From: a virus
Virus record (IMG/VR): IMGVR_UViG_3300025897_000009
Reading direction: 5' to 3' (one strand)
Length of the DNA stretch: 64,000 nt
The position numbers were made by a program, and so were the translations under genes. The notes under the pieces were generated by a model. That model did not search any database. It was not told the DNA's origin and saw only the letters and a list, made by a program, of their open reading frames with translations. This document shows positions 9,101-18,657 of this stretch, in pieces (the first letter of the stretch is position 1; each line of letters begins with the position of its first letter).

Positions 9101-12100
9101 TAGTTTGCTGAGTTTGTAGTGTCTAAACCAATATCAAAGAAGTTAGAAACAGACATTGGTCTGAGACTACCCTCTTCCGCATCTATTGCTACTCTATAGT
9201 CAGGGTGGTTTACATCACCAACACCATGACCTCTAAAATTGTCTACTAAGAAACCAGACTTAAATCTATCAAATCCATCACCATCAATTATTTGCATTGA
9301 TTGAGTATCTTTTTCAAGTAAAGAAAGTGTTGTTACCCTTTCTAGATTCTTAACTCTATCAGCAAGTTTGCCGATATCCTTCATTGTATATCGTCTATGG
9401 TCTTGTGATTTGATCACGACATCATCGAGAGATTCTGTATAAGGTTTGAGTGAGAACTCAAATAATTCTATAGCATCATCGATGGGTGCTGGTTTAGTTG
9501 GAGATAAAGATGGTGTACCATGAACGACTTGGTATGAACCAGTCTTATGTAGATACAGTTTATCTATTCTACCAACATAGAAAGTTAAATCACCAACAAC
9601 ATTGGATCCTGGTACTAGCATATCAACGATAGATGCACCAGATGCTGTGACTCCTGTAGTGGATGATTCAAATGATTTGTTTTCGTAATAGTATGGAGCA
9701 CGAACAGCACCACTTGTAGAATTAGATAAGTCTACAGGTGAACTAGGATCAGGTGTTGAGGTACTAAATGTTGTTGTACCTAATATCTGCCCAAGAGATG
9801 GTCTGAAATCAACAGCATCCCTTAATTCATATTCTCCATCTGGTTCTAATGACTCAGGATCTACTCTGTTAGAAATATACTGAGGAATTTCATCATAGTC
9901 AATACCATTATAAGAATTGACATCATAGAAATCACCAGAACCTGATGATGTGAAATAATCAAACACCACCATCACAGGTGAAACAGGAGCAGGTGCTCCA
10001 GGTTTTCTAACGATTTTTGCTAAGTCATAGAAACCATCTCTTTGACCATCGTCAAAGAAGTAGTTGTTTGTAATAACTTTTGAACCTGCATCTAAGGAAC
10101 CCAATGTTCCTGCTGCTGTAGATGTTGAACCGATAATAGATTCTCCATCAGTAAATGCAGTTGTCGAAGTAAGGTAGTAATAAGAAGTGTTTCCTGTACC
10201 ACCATAGTTAATCATCACACCTCTTGCACCTGAAGTTTGACCTACGATGACTTCACCTTGATCAAATCCAGCAGAAGTAGTTTGTGTGACTGTGAAAGAA
10301 GGAGTGATAGCATCGGCACCATCTACACCCTCATAGACTGCTCTTAGTTTGAAAGCATCGGATACACCTAATGTGATTTCTTTGTCATCATATGCTGTAC
10401 CATAGAAACCACCAGCAGTTCTGGCACTTCCTACTTTCAATACTCTAGCAGATTTTAAGTTTTTGTCTCTATTTTGTGGGGAGTTGATATCAACAGTGTA
10501 GGTGACTTTTAAAATTGCACCATCATCTGCAGCATCAAAACCTGAGATCGTTAATGTTTGCTGTGATCCTGAAGTTGTAATAGCAGTTGTAATGTTGTTT
10601 GTGTTATCAGATACATCTATGATATCACCTGCGTTTAAGTTTCCACCACCAGCAGGTTCTACTACAGCAAGAATAAAGTTATCTGCTGTAATAGTATCAA
10701 AGGTTTCCCCTGTTTGAGTTTCGATTGCTATCTGTTGGGATGCTACTGTATCTACTATTTGCCTTCTAACTGATAATTGATCAGGTGTATGGTTAGATAC
10801 ATAGTCTCTTGCCCATGATGTGATAGCAACTGTTTGTTCTTGATTGTAAATCTTAGTTCTTCTTCGAGTGATATTACCTGTTTGTGTTGAACCTGCAGTT
10901 GAAGACAATGTAAGTGAAGTGTCACCTGCGATTGAAGAAACGATTCTTTCGTTTCCTGCTGAGTCAACTAAGATATCTCCCTCTTTGAGTTCTGTACTAA
11001 ATAATGATCCAAACCCTGTCACAGTTGTAGAACCACTCGTAAGTGATACTGTTCCTGTTAGGATAAAGTCATTATCTGTAACAACATCAGCAGTAAAGGT
11101 TTCTCTTGCCGAGTTATTCGGAACTTGAGAAACACCTCTTACTCTATCGATGTTATAATTTCTTGTTGCTGTATTTTGCCCTGCAGATATAGCACCAGAT
11201 CCAGTACCATAAGAAGTCACTGAATCTGCATCATCCCAATTACCTACAACATCATGTAAGTATAGATTGCTAGATGCATCATATGCTACAATACCTGATT
11301 TGGTATTGTCTGCGTTTCTTACTTGGTCACCAGCACTAAAAGTACCAGTCTTTCCTGAGTAAGTAATCTTTGTAAACATCTTGACATCGAAAAGATACAT
11401 CTGGAAATTATCCGTTTGATCGTAGATACCATAGTTGCCTACAGTTGAAGATGTGCCACTTAGATGATCAAAGTTTCTTACACGAGCATAACCAATATGT
11501 ATGCTAGAAGGTGCAGTTCCTGGAGTAGCAATCGCAGTATCCCACAACTTCACATAGTTGTATGGTGCTTGTGTATCATCACCTGACTCATTACCAAACT
11601 CAGGTTCACTATGTACATCTGTGACTTTGAGGTAATTTCCTATACGAACAGGAGTATTTGCAGCAGTTAAGGATTGAGTTGTTCTTGCTTTCTGTATTGA
11701 TACAGGAGTCGTTGCTGTTTTCTCTATCTCAAATCCTTTTACATATGCTTTTCCTGGGGAAACTTGTACGACAAATTTTGTACTGTCTCCACCATTCGCT
11801 TCAGAATAATATCCTCGATTTGTACCATCGTCTAGATGTTCTCTCAACGAGGTAGTGAATTGTTGTACCACATAATCACCAGACTCATCAAAGGTTCGTC
11901 TTGCCAATGTGTTTTCGATTTCACTGTAATTCGTATTGCTAACTTTGTTTTCGATTATACCATTGTTGACTCTTAACAATTCAATAAAGTTGACATCAGT
12001 GGTAGTTGTTAATCCTTTCTTAGCAAAATTAAAATCTATTTTAAGACGATCGGCACCTGGAGCATTTTCATTAGATGATCCTTGTGCATTGTCTAGGAGT

Positions 12101-12810
12101 GTAGAATCATTAGCACTTGAGACTAAGGATTCTGTGATATCTAAACCAATTCTATAAGATGGTCTTGGAGAATATTTCTCCAAGATAACTGTTTGTGCGT
12201 CCACCTTAACAAAGTATCCTCTTACATAGACGATACCTTCTGAGATTGCTGCTGCTGAACCTCTTCCTGTTGGAACCTTATCTTCAGATTCAACTTGGAA
12301 TTGATTATTGTTTGATGCTGAAGTAATAGAACCATCAGATCCTACTGTCACTTGGGACAATACTTCTAGAGCATCAAAGAATCGAGAGTTGTCAGTGTCA
12401 GTACCTGCTGCAAGGTATTTGACAAAAAGAGTCAGTGAATCGTCAGTTGTTTCTGCTGTAGAGTTAACAACTTTTGCGACGATTCCTGTAGTTCCACCTT
12501 GTAAATACTTATCGTGGAAACTTGCTCTATAACTTTCGACGTCTGCAGTACCCAGTGATTCTGGGTTAGTGTTTTTGACTTTTACATAATGGTACTCGAA
12601 GTCTGCATCCGATTGTGCTCCAAGAACAATAGACCCTTCCTCAAATACATGATCACTAAATCTTTCGATTTGGTTCTGTAATATGGACTGTGCCTGTGTA
12701 AGTTCTCTTGCTTGTATCGGTCTACCTGCTCTGAATAATACACGATGAAACTTTTTACTTTCGTTAAAGTCATCGTAATATGGCGATACATTTAGATCAG
12801 TCTTCTCCAT
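6166..12810 (-). CDS. large virion structural protein (VrlC/DUF4815-like)
   Basis: N-terminus LNVSPYYDDF...FHRVLFRAGRPIQARELTQAQSILQNQIERF, later RFKSGFLVDNF and DPLAQSF, typical of the large protein after gp8 in marine T4-like phages. Confidence 0.85.
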   Translation of the reverse strand: MEKTDLNVSPYYDDFNESKKFHRVLFRAGRPIQARELTQAQSILQNQIERFSDHVFEEGSIVLGAQSDADFEYHYVKVKNTNPESLGTADVESYRASFHDKYLQGGTTGIVAKVVNSTAETTDDSLTLFVKYLAAGTDTDNSRFFDALEVLSQVTVGSDGSITSASNNNQFQVESEDKVPTGRGSAAAISEGIVYVRGYFVKVDAQTVILEKYSPRPSYRIGLDITESLVSSANDSTLLDNAQGSSNENAPGADRLKIDFNFAKKGLTTTTDVNFIELLRVNNGIIENKVSNTNYSEIENTLARRTFDESGDYVVQQFTTSLREHLDDGTNRGYYSEANGGDSTKFVVQVSPGKAYVKGFEIEKTATTPVSIQKARTTQSLTAANTPVRIGNYLKVTDVHSEPEFGNESGDDTQAPYNYVKLWDTAIATPGTAPSSIHIGYARVRNFDHLSGTSSTVGNYGIYDQTDNFQMYLFDVKMFTKITYSGKTGTFSAGDQVRNADNTKSGIVAYDASSNLYLHDVVGNWDDADSVTSYGTGSGAISAGQNTATRNYNIDRVRGVSQVPNNSARETFTADVVTDNDFILTGTVSLTSGSTTVTGFGSLFSTELKEGDILVDSAGNERIVSSIAGDTSLTLSSTAGSTQTGNITRRRTKIYNQEQTVAITSWARDYVSNHTPDQLSVRRQIVDTVASQQIAIETQTGETFDTITADNFILAVVEPAGGGNLNAGDIIDVSDNTNNITTAITTSGSQQTLTISGFDAADDGAILKVTYTVDINSPQNRDKNLKSARVLKVGSARTAGGFYGTAYDDKEITLGVSDAFKLRAVYEGVDGADAITPSFTVTQTTSAGFDQGEVIVGQTSGARGVMINYGGTGNTSYYYLTSTTAFTDGESIIGSTSTAAGTLGSLDAGSKVITNNYFFDDGQRDGFYDLAKIVRKPGAPAPVSPVMVVFDYFTSSGSGDFYDVNSYNGIDYDEIPQYISNRVDPESLEPDGEYELRDAVDFRPSLGQILGTTTFSTSTPDPSSPVDLSNSTSGAVRAPYYYENKSFESSTTGVTASGASIVDMLVPGSNVVGDLTFYVGRIDKLYLHKTGSYQVVHGTPSLSPTKPAPIDDAIELFEFSLKPYTESLDDVVIKSQDHRRYTMKDIGKLADRVKNLERVTTLSLLEKDTQSMQIIDGDGFDRFKSGFLVDNFRGHGVGDVNHPDYRVAIDAEEGSLRPMSVSNFFDIGLDTTNSANYVRTGDLITLPFTQVSFINQSKATKAINVNPYNVFAFVGTVRLSPGSDVWNDTSTLPAIRVNREGNFDTVLAGNANSLGTVWNNWQTTWVGQPNNSGTDTITNRAGSWEGTPGQGGRWVPGARTTRTITETPETQTRSGIRTSVVEEFTEDRNTRTVGISIIPFIRSRDITVTGDGFKPNTNHFVFFDGIDVDSFCTPGSSTYSQTGSASLGAGVKSDRSGDISFTFSIPNSSAQRFPTGERTLLVTASSTQSIDSDSKGQASYSARGLLQSNQTTITSTRNGRVVQERQTGSRSITRRGEELNQVEFDVQAPPVPVRAPLPIPTPPAPVVPAIVEPVLPPRRLPAPIVARRLPIRMNQFMGQIQLDGGWRDPLAQSFMVEADGGMFVSSVDLYFKTKDDSLPVNVEIRNMVNGYPGQIVLPFSSVSLKPASVNTSADGSTATTFSFESPVYLEDGIEYCVVVLSNSNSYEAFVSEMGGTDLITQEVIADQPYAGVLFKSQNASTWSAEQLEDLKFNLKQCAFHSDLSGTVRFNNDALDTTTLGSAPISFISGNSKIKVDHYSHGMYDASGNVTLTGIVGDRTNSVLTITNPSAVGSGSLPADGTYDDIATTTSGSGTGATVKVIVASSAISSWKIKNPGSGYDAADTLTVTNFGSATNSTTFAIDTVGDTLGGFPIAALNATFTALTDIEIDSYTVTPDVSAYDLVGSAIETSKGGGTAVKATQDYYFDTLHTMIPSLTFKDTSLLCNVRTTPAKSPEGVINGTQYSRNSTSSYIALNDNVFFADGQMIASGINENNEMSNAKSFTLQLSLQSFNNNLSPVIDLSTIGCLAIHNRINNVDTSSDVGSYSTFSDSTEPEGDNNAMVYLTKRVNLKTPATAIKVMADIFRNNSNDVKLMYKVLRNDESLPFDEIGWTYFNTNGSPDITVEADSRNFKEYEYTVSNIAEFTAFAIKVVGQGTKTTEIPIMQNFRAIALAT

Positions 12811-12823
12811 TATGCTTCCTCAA

Positions 12824-14293
12824 TTACATCTCTATGATTAGTTTAATATCTTCGATTTGGTCTGCTGCTCTTGATACAGCACCTCTATTTTCAATGTAAG
12901 TTACTTGACCAGAGTATCTTTCTACTTCAGGATATCCTGCAGTAATAGAGGAAACAGTTCCTACTGAAGCACCAGATACATAAACTGTATCGGAACCTGC
13001 GAAGTCTTCTACTGTACCATCACTGTTTTGAACAGGGATGTATGAAACTTCTCTTGTAGAACTATTATAAGAAACGACTCGCCCAACTGCTACACCGACT
13101 CCATCAGAACTTGCGTCCATAATGATATCATCTACACTGGCTGATCCACCAGATGCGAATATAAATTTATTCGATGCTGATAGTGTGCTTGCTGTAGCAA
13201 CTGTAGTAGTACCATCATTAAATGGGTCAACTACTAATCCGATTCTTCGGAAATCGTTATCTGTAGGGAAATCACCAGACCCTTCTGCATACTCTAAACG
13301 AGCATTTAGAATGACATAGTTTCCACCCAACTCAGAAACAGGATCTGATCCATGTCCATAAATTGGTGAGATAACAGGTGTTATTGTTAATGTACCAGAG
13401 TTAGTCCCTGCACCTGAAATGTCAGCAAGGTTTAACTGAGCATTTCTATATCCTGTACCATTTGTTGTCATGGTGATGTGAGTAATCACTCCACCTGCGA
13501 TGGTCACAGTACATTCTGCATCAGTACCAGAACCATTGTCACCTTTAATTGGGACACTGGTGTAAGTACCATTGTTCATTCCTGCTCCACCTGAGTCAAC
13601 TGCTACATGAAGAATTGCTCCATCAACTGCGTCGTTCTCAACATCCCATTGTGCAGAACTATCGTCTGCTGCTGCTGAACCTATAGCAGCACTGTCACCG
13701 ATCACTTCGGTTTGTGCTCCAATAGTTTTAACTGGGATAAAGTCATTTGTTACGAATTTAATTACATCTGATGCACTAATGCTGTACATGTATTTCCAGA
13801 GATATCCTCTACCTGCTGCAGCACTTGAATCTGAAGTAGCAACCAAAGTAGAACTTGAAGTTCCTGTTGGTTTTACATCAGATGCTATAGCATTACCAGA
13901 AGAATCTCTTCCAGTTCTAATACATTTGTAAACATTGTAATCTTCAGTAATTACATAAAATTTTGAATCATAAAGATTCGATGCCCCTGTGGGCGAAGTG
14001 TTTGATGAGGAATAGTCATGACGATATTCGTCATAAGTTGTTCCACTTGTCCAGTCTCTTCTGACTATACCATGTGACACATCGGATGAGGTGATTTTCT
14101 TCAAAGCAACCATGTCGTCATATGCGTCGATTTCATTGGAATTATTATCCACTGGTGTTACGACAGTATCGTCAGTTCCCCATAACCATGGGCGACCGAT
14201 AAACATGTATGTGCTAGAAGCAGATTCACCAAAGTCTTCCTTGAATTGTCGGGCATTATTCAGACGAAACTTTTCTGTGATAATTGCAGCCAT
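12824..14293 (-). CDS. gp8: baseplate wedge subunit gp8
   Basis: MAAIITEKFRLNNA, YVITEDYNVYKC, GYLWKYMY, NDFRRIGLV, C-terminal EDIKLIIE; synteny. Confidence 0.88.
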   Translation of the reverse strand: MAAIITEKFRLNNARQFKEDFGESASSTYMFIGRPWLWGTDDTVVTPVDNNSNEIDAYDDMVALKKITSSDVSHGIVRRDWTSGTTYDEYRHDYSSSNTSPTGASNLYDSKFYVITEDYNVYKCIRTGRDSSGNAIASDVKPTGTSSSTLVATSDSSAAAGRGYLWKYMYSISASDVIKFVTNDFIPVKTIGAQTEVIGDSAAIGSAAADDSSAQWDVENDAVDGAILHVAVDSGGAGMNNGTYTSVPIKGDNGSGTDAECTVTIAGGVITHITMTTNGTGYRNAQLNLADISGAGTNSGTLTITPVISPIYGHGSDPVSELGGNYVILNARLEYAEGSGDFPTDNDFRRIGLVVDPFNDGTTTVATASTLSASNKFIFASGGSASVDDIIMDASSDGVGVAVGRVVSYNSSTREVSYIPVQNSDGTVEDFAGSDTVYVSGASVGTVSSITAGYPEVERYSGQVTYIENRGAVSRAADQIEDIKLIIEM

Positions 14294-14331
14294 TCTTTGC
14301 TCCTAATATTTAATTGTTATACTATTTATAC

Positions 14332-17300
14332 TCATTCTCCAGACACAACATGTGCTGAAAGAGAAAAATTAGTCTTATTATGCTTATGCTCATCCAATTG
14401 TTGTATTGTATAGTTAGCATAAGTGTGGTTTATATCAGCGATTCTTAATCCTTCAGAGGATGATGCCTCTGACATAAGAGAACCAAACTGATCTTCCATT
14501 ATGATATTATCTTCTTCTTCGTCTAAAATGTAGTAAGATATATCGTAAACTTGTTGTCTTTGTATAATATCAATCGTACGCACAGAGGGTCCAACTCTAG
14601 CAAATGTGACTAAAGTTTCTCCTGCGTTTTCTTGTAAGATAGGTTCGTCATTTTCACTGATGATTCTATCATTATCTTCAGACATAAGGTATTTAGATGT
14701 TTCGTAAGATCGCTCTGTGACGAAATATCCCTGTATCTCATTTACAGTTGCCTCTTCTAATCCCAGACGATCACCATCTTCTAATTGGATATTATCTCCA
14801 TGCTCTGCCAGATGATCATCTGGTGGCAAAATGGTAGAGGTTGTAATTAAGTTGGTATTGTTATTCTGGTTAATACCATTTTCCATACGCATGTTTCCAT
14901 GCTCTGGTTCAGGTAAGATATGCTCACCTGTTTCGAGTACCAATCGTTCTTCTTCGAACATAGATACTTGATAAACTTTTCCTTCTCTTGCTGGTCTCTT
15001 GATTCCATCTCTATTAAAGTAATCATGAGATCCTGAATCAATCGCAAGGGTTGTTGCTGTGGATGAACTTTGGTCTGTTCTAGTTCCTACTTGTGAGGAT
15101 GCGGAAGCGATTGATTGAACGATAAAGAGGTTTACATGTCGACTTCTCATTTCTGAGTCACCATATTCGGTGTTAGGTTCAGTAATAGATCCATCGGTTC
15201 TTGGATCAGTATTTACAACAGGAACACCTGCTGCTCGTAGTACTGGACTTTCGTCAGACACATCTGCACTTGCTGTAGGGATAATAACTTTAATATCATG
15301 CTTGGCATGCATCTTTGCCTCTGCCTCTACGATTCTTCGATAGAAGTCATCGGTATCTTCTACAATGTCAGTACCAACTACGAATCCTTGTCCTGTGACT
15401 TGATCATAAATAGTTGAACCTTCTTGATAGTATCTTTCTGCTCGTAATACACCACTGTCATCTTCTAGACCTACTGCATATTCGTTATTAATACCCTCTA
15501 TTTCATCGTACCATGTATTGTCTTCATAAACAATACCCAATGCGTCAACCTTAGACCCAATGTATAATGTAGGTACAAAAGAACGAGAGACATTCGTGCC
15601 ATCAAATATTCTGTTGTATATATTTGCTTGTGCATTAATATCAGATCGTATTGCTACTTCACCAAAGAAGATATGACCTGTCGGATGGACTAAGTCTTTG
15701 ACAATAGAACGATATCTATTAATAGATTCACCAACCTTGACCACATAAGAATGTGATTGGTAATAAAGTGAATCATGTATTGCCATTCCTGATGCATCGG
15801 TGTAACCATAATCGTTTAAGAAGTTTCCATCGATTTCAGTTTCCCCTGCTAAATTACCTCTCGCATTGAGAGGTCTATACTTAGCAACTTTGAGGGATTC
15901 ACTGCTAGAGAATGTACAAGTCTCACCTTCTAAGAATGGACCTGATATGTTTTTAACTTTTAATATATGTCGATTGCTATTATAATCGACAATGGTTGCT
16001 GTCACACCTGAAGTATCTCCTGTTAAAACTGTATCTCTAGTCGGAGTTGTACTTGGTGTGGTAACAAGCATCGTGACAATGGTATCGGCATCATCTAATA
16101 TACCACTCTCATCATACTTGTTTCCTGCATCTTGCATACGCAAGGATGCGATACCACCAATGTTATCGCCATGAGGTATAAGGATTGCACCTGTACCTGA
16201 TGTCACATTGTGGTTGATAATTGTTGCGGAAGTACCAGAGGTGCCTCCTGTAATTGTATCGGTTGCTGCGAATACATTAGCATCGGAACTTCTTCTTCCG
16301 ACCACCAAACGATTCAGTTCTGTGTCTACATACACGATAATACCTGTAGCACTTGCATCACTGCCTGTAATGACTTCACCTTTTTGGAATCCAGTCACAT
16401 CAGAAAAATACATAAACCCACCTGGATAAGCAAGAGGTGTAAATTGATATCCTGCTCCAGGAGAACTAATTTGAATAGATCTTATTTCTGTTTGGTTGGT
16501 ATCTAATCCAACGACAGATCCGTCTTCAAAAGTTAGGTTGTTAAAATAAGCATAGACTTCTATCTTATCATTGAGTGCTGCACCTGAGGATAATACGATC
16601 TTATTGGTGAAGACATTGTATCCTGAAGTAAGTTTTACATCATTCTGATAGACTACCACTGTGGCAGAATCAAATGCCATCATCTGATGTAAGTCATCAT
16701 GTCCTTCGAAGATGGTTTGTCCATTTGTTGCTGTGAATTTAAAATGACCCCATTGTGTACCAGATTCTAATAAAATCTGATCTCCGATTGATTCTATTTG
16801 TGCGAAAGCACCAGAACCCATCGTAGACGAATCATCAAATATAACTAAGTCTCCAGTGGAATAACCAGAACCTCCGTCCTCAACATAGACTTCAGTCACA
16901 CCACCAGAGGTTAATCCGTTAATCTGAGCAGTTGCATCAACTGCATCGTCTCCGATTGCGGAAGAAAAATTAATTTGATCAGAGATACTATAATTAGAAC
17001 CAGCATCCCCTCCTTCGAGATATAAACCTGAACCTGTGTCACCCTCTAATAGGATTCTATCTCCATCGGCATCAGATAAATAGGTAGAACTTTCATCGAC
17101 ATTAATGCCACTGACTACTCCACGCAAAACACCTGTCGTAACAGTATTGTCATCTCTATTAATAAAAGATACTGCATCACCCACAGCAAAAGTGCCAAGG
17201 TGATTGATTGAGATCTCACAACGATACGCAGTTTCATCCCCTGCTGTAAAGTATACATTCTCAATGATCGCTTCTGCTTCTATGGTCACCCCATCGGCAG

Positions 17301-18105
17301 CATATCGCACCACTTTACCATTGTTGGGTGGTTGCCCTTCGGCAACATATGCTTGTATGATGTTAGGTTCTATCCAAGATGAATCGGATGCGTGTAGAGT
17401 ATTCTCAATAGGATATGCAACTTCTGCATCCTGTTGATATAAGATACGCATGAGGAACTCTAATGATTCTTTAGTTCCTTTGCGTTGGTATAAATCTTTG
17501 ACATGCTTAATGAGTAATCGTTTATCTGCAGATACAGAGAAGTCGATACTCGGCATGAAGTCTTGTTGGAAGAAAGTAAGGAATGATCCTATGGTCGTAT
17601 CAATATCTGCATATTTAAGCAGATTATTATTTGCTGCGATACTGTTTTCTTGGAAACTTGCAATGACACCTTGTTGCTGAGAGGTTCTACCGATAATAGT
17701 CTCTCCTGGTTCAAAAGTTCTAGAGTTAATTTCTTCTATGTATATTTTGCTGTCAGCGACAACACGAATCTTTGCGAGTGCACCAGAGGCATTACCAAAG
17801 ATATATTCTCCATTAATAAAAGCAGTCGCACCAATGTTATCATTGTTGGAGTTTTGCTCTGCTACTATTTTTGATTTCGCAGTCGGAGTCGGAGCAGTGG
17901 TCGCATCTTCAAATAAGACCGATCCTGTCTCTGCCTCTAGACTTAAGAAATCTAGTTCTTCTTCAGACTTGAGAGTGAGAACCCCACTCTCAAGAAATTC
18001 GAAGTATGCTTTTAAGAAGGCAAGTAATCCATCAGACTCCTCTTGGACGAATCCAGGGAGGAGTCTGGTTATTTGATTAGAAAACTTGTCTACTGAAAAA
18101 GGCAT
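14332..18105 (-). CDS. gp7: baseplate wedge initiator gp7-like
   Basis: FLKAYFEFLE, LIKHVKDLYQRKGTKESLEFLMRILY, DSLYYQSHSYVVK, VKDLVHPTG; lies between gp6 and gp8. Confidence 0.8.
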   Translation of the reverse strand: MPFSVDKFSNQITRLLPGFVQEESDGLLAFLKAYFEFLESGVLTLKSEEELDFLSLEAETGSVLFEDATTAPTPTAKSKIVAEQNSNNDNIGATAFINGEYIFGNASGALAKIRVVADSKIYIEEINSRTFEPGETIIGRTSQQQGVIASFQENSIAANNNLLKYADIDTTIGSFLTFFQQDFMPSIDFSVSADKRLLIKHVKDLYQRKGTKESLEFLMRILYQQDAEVAYPIENTLHASDSSWIEPNIIQAYVAEGQPPNNGKVVRYAADGVTIEAEAIIENVYFTAGDETAYRCEISINHLGTFAVGDAVSFINRDDNTVTTGVLRGVVSGINVDESSTYLSDADGDRILLEGDTGSGLYLEGGDAGSNYSISDQINFSSAIGDDAVDATAQINGLTSGGVTEVYVEDGGSGYSTGDLVIFDDSSTMGSGAFAQIESIGDQILLESGTQWGHFKFTATNGQTIFEGHDDLHQMMAFDSATVVVYQNDVKLTSGYNVFTNKIVLSSGAALNDKIEVYAYFNNLTFEDGSVVGLDTNQTEIRSIQISSPGAGYQFTPLAYPGGFMYFSDVTGFQKGEVITGSDASATGIIVYVDTELNRLVVGRRSSDANVFAATDTITGGTSGTSATIINHNVTSGTGAILIPHGDNIGGIASLRMQDAGNKYDESGILDDADTIVTMLVTTPSTTPTRDTVLTGDTSGVTATIVDYNSNRHILKVKNISGPFLEGETCTFSSSESLKVAKYRPLNARGNLAGETEIDGNFLNDYGYTDASGMAIHDSLYYQSHSYVVKVGESINRYRSIVKDLVHPTGHIFFGEVAIRSDINAQANIYNRIFDGTNVSRSFVPTLYIGSKVDALGIVYEDNTWYDEIEGINNEYAVGLEDDSGVLRAERYYQEGSTIYDQVTGQGFVVGTDIVEDTDDFYRRIVEAEAKMHAKHDIKVIIPTASADVSDESPVLRAAGVPVVNTDPRTDGSITEPNTEYGDSEMRSRHVNLFIVQSIASASSQVGTRTDQSSSTATTLAIDSGSHDYFNRDGIKRPAREGKVYQVSMFEEERLVLETGEHILPEPEHGNMRMENGINQNNNTNLITTSTILPPDDHLAEHGDNIQLEDGDRLGLEEATVNEIQGYFVTERSYETSKYLMSEDNDRIISENDEPILQENAGETLVTFARVGPSVRTIDIIQRQQVYDISYYILDEEEDNIIMEDQFGSLMSEASSSEGLRIADINHTYANYTIQQLDEHKHNKTNFSLSAHVVSGE

Positions 18106-18106
18106 A

Positions 18107-18589
18107 TTATGCTACTGTTGCACCATAGTTTGCAACGACATACCATTTGCTTCCGTTCCAGAACAAGAGTGTGAACTCACCAACTGCATCAAATGTGAGT
18201 TGGTTAGTTGCAGTTCCTGTAGAACCAAAGTTCGTGACTGTAATTACAGCAGTTGAACTTGTGGAAGGAGCAGTCGTCATACCGATTATTTTTAATTGAC
18301 CTGTGTTTGATCCATCGCCCAATGTACCTGTAGCAGTCGTTGATGATGCTGCAGCATTCAAGTCATACAATGTTGTGAACTCAGTATTGAGGTCAGCACT
18401 TGCATTACCTGTGTATGTGGTAAGATCATCAGATGCTAAAAATGTAGGGATATTTTCAAACAATTGGTTAATTGTCATTTTTTTGTTGACAGGTGTTCCA
18501 CCTGGATCGTCAACAATGTGTAGTAAATCTGCACCACCGATGTCTGAGTTAGACACTTGGGTCAATGCAGTTATTTTTTTATCTGCCAT
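18107..18589 (-). CDS. probable virion structural protein
   Basis: MADKKITALT start typical of phage fibre/decoration proteins; strong AGGAG RBS; inside the baseplate operon. Confidence 0.65.
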   Translation of the reverse strand: MADKKITALTQVSNSDIGGADLLHIVDDPGGTPVNKKMTINQLFENIPTFLASDDLTTYTGNASADLNTEFTTLYDLNAAASSTTATGTLGDGSNTGQLKIIGMTTAPSTSSTAVITVTNFGSTGTATNQLTFDAVGEFTLLFWNGSKWYVVANYGATVA

Positions 18590-18657
18590 TTTATTCTCCT
18601 AAAATTAAAATCCTCTTTCGAGGGAAACTACTTGCGGGACTCGCACCACTTTATTCA

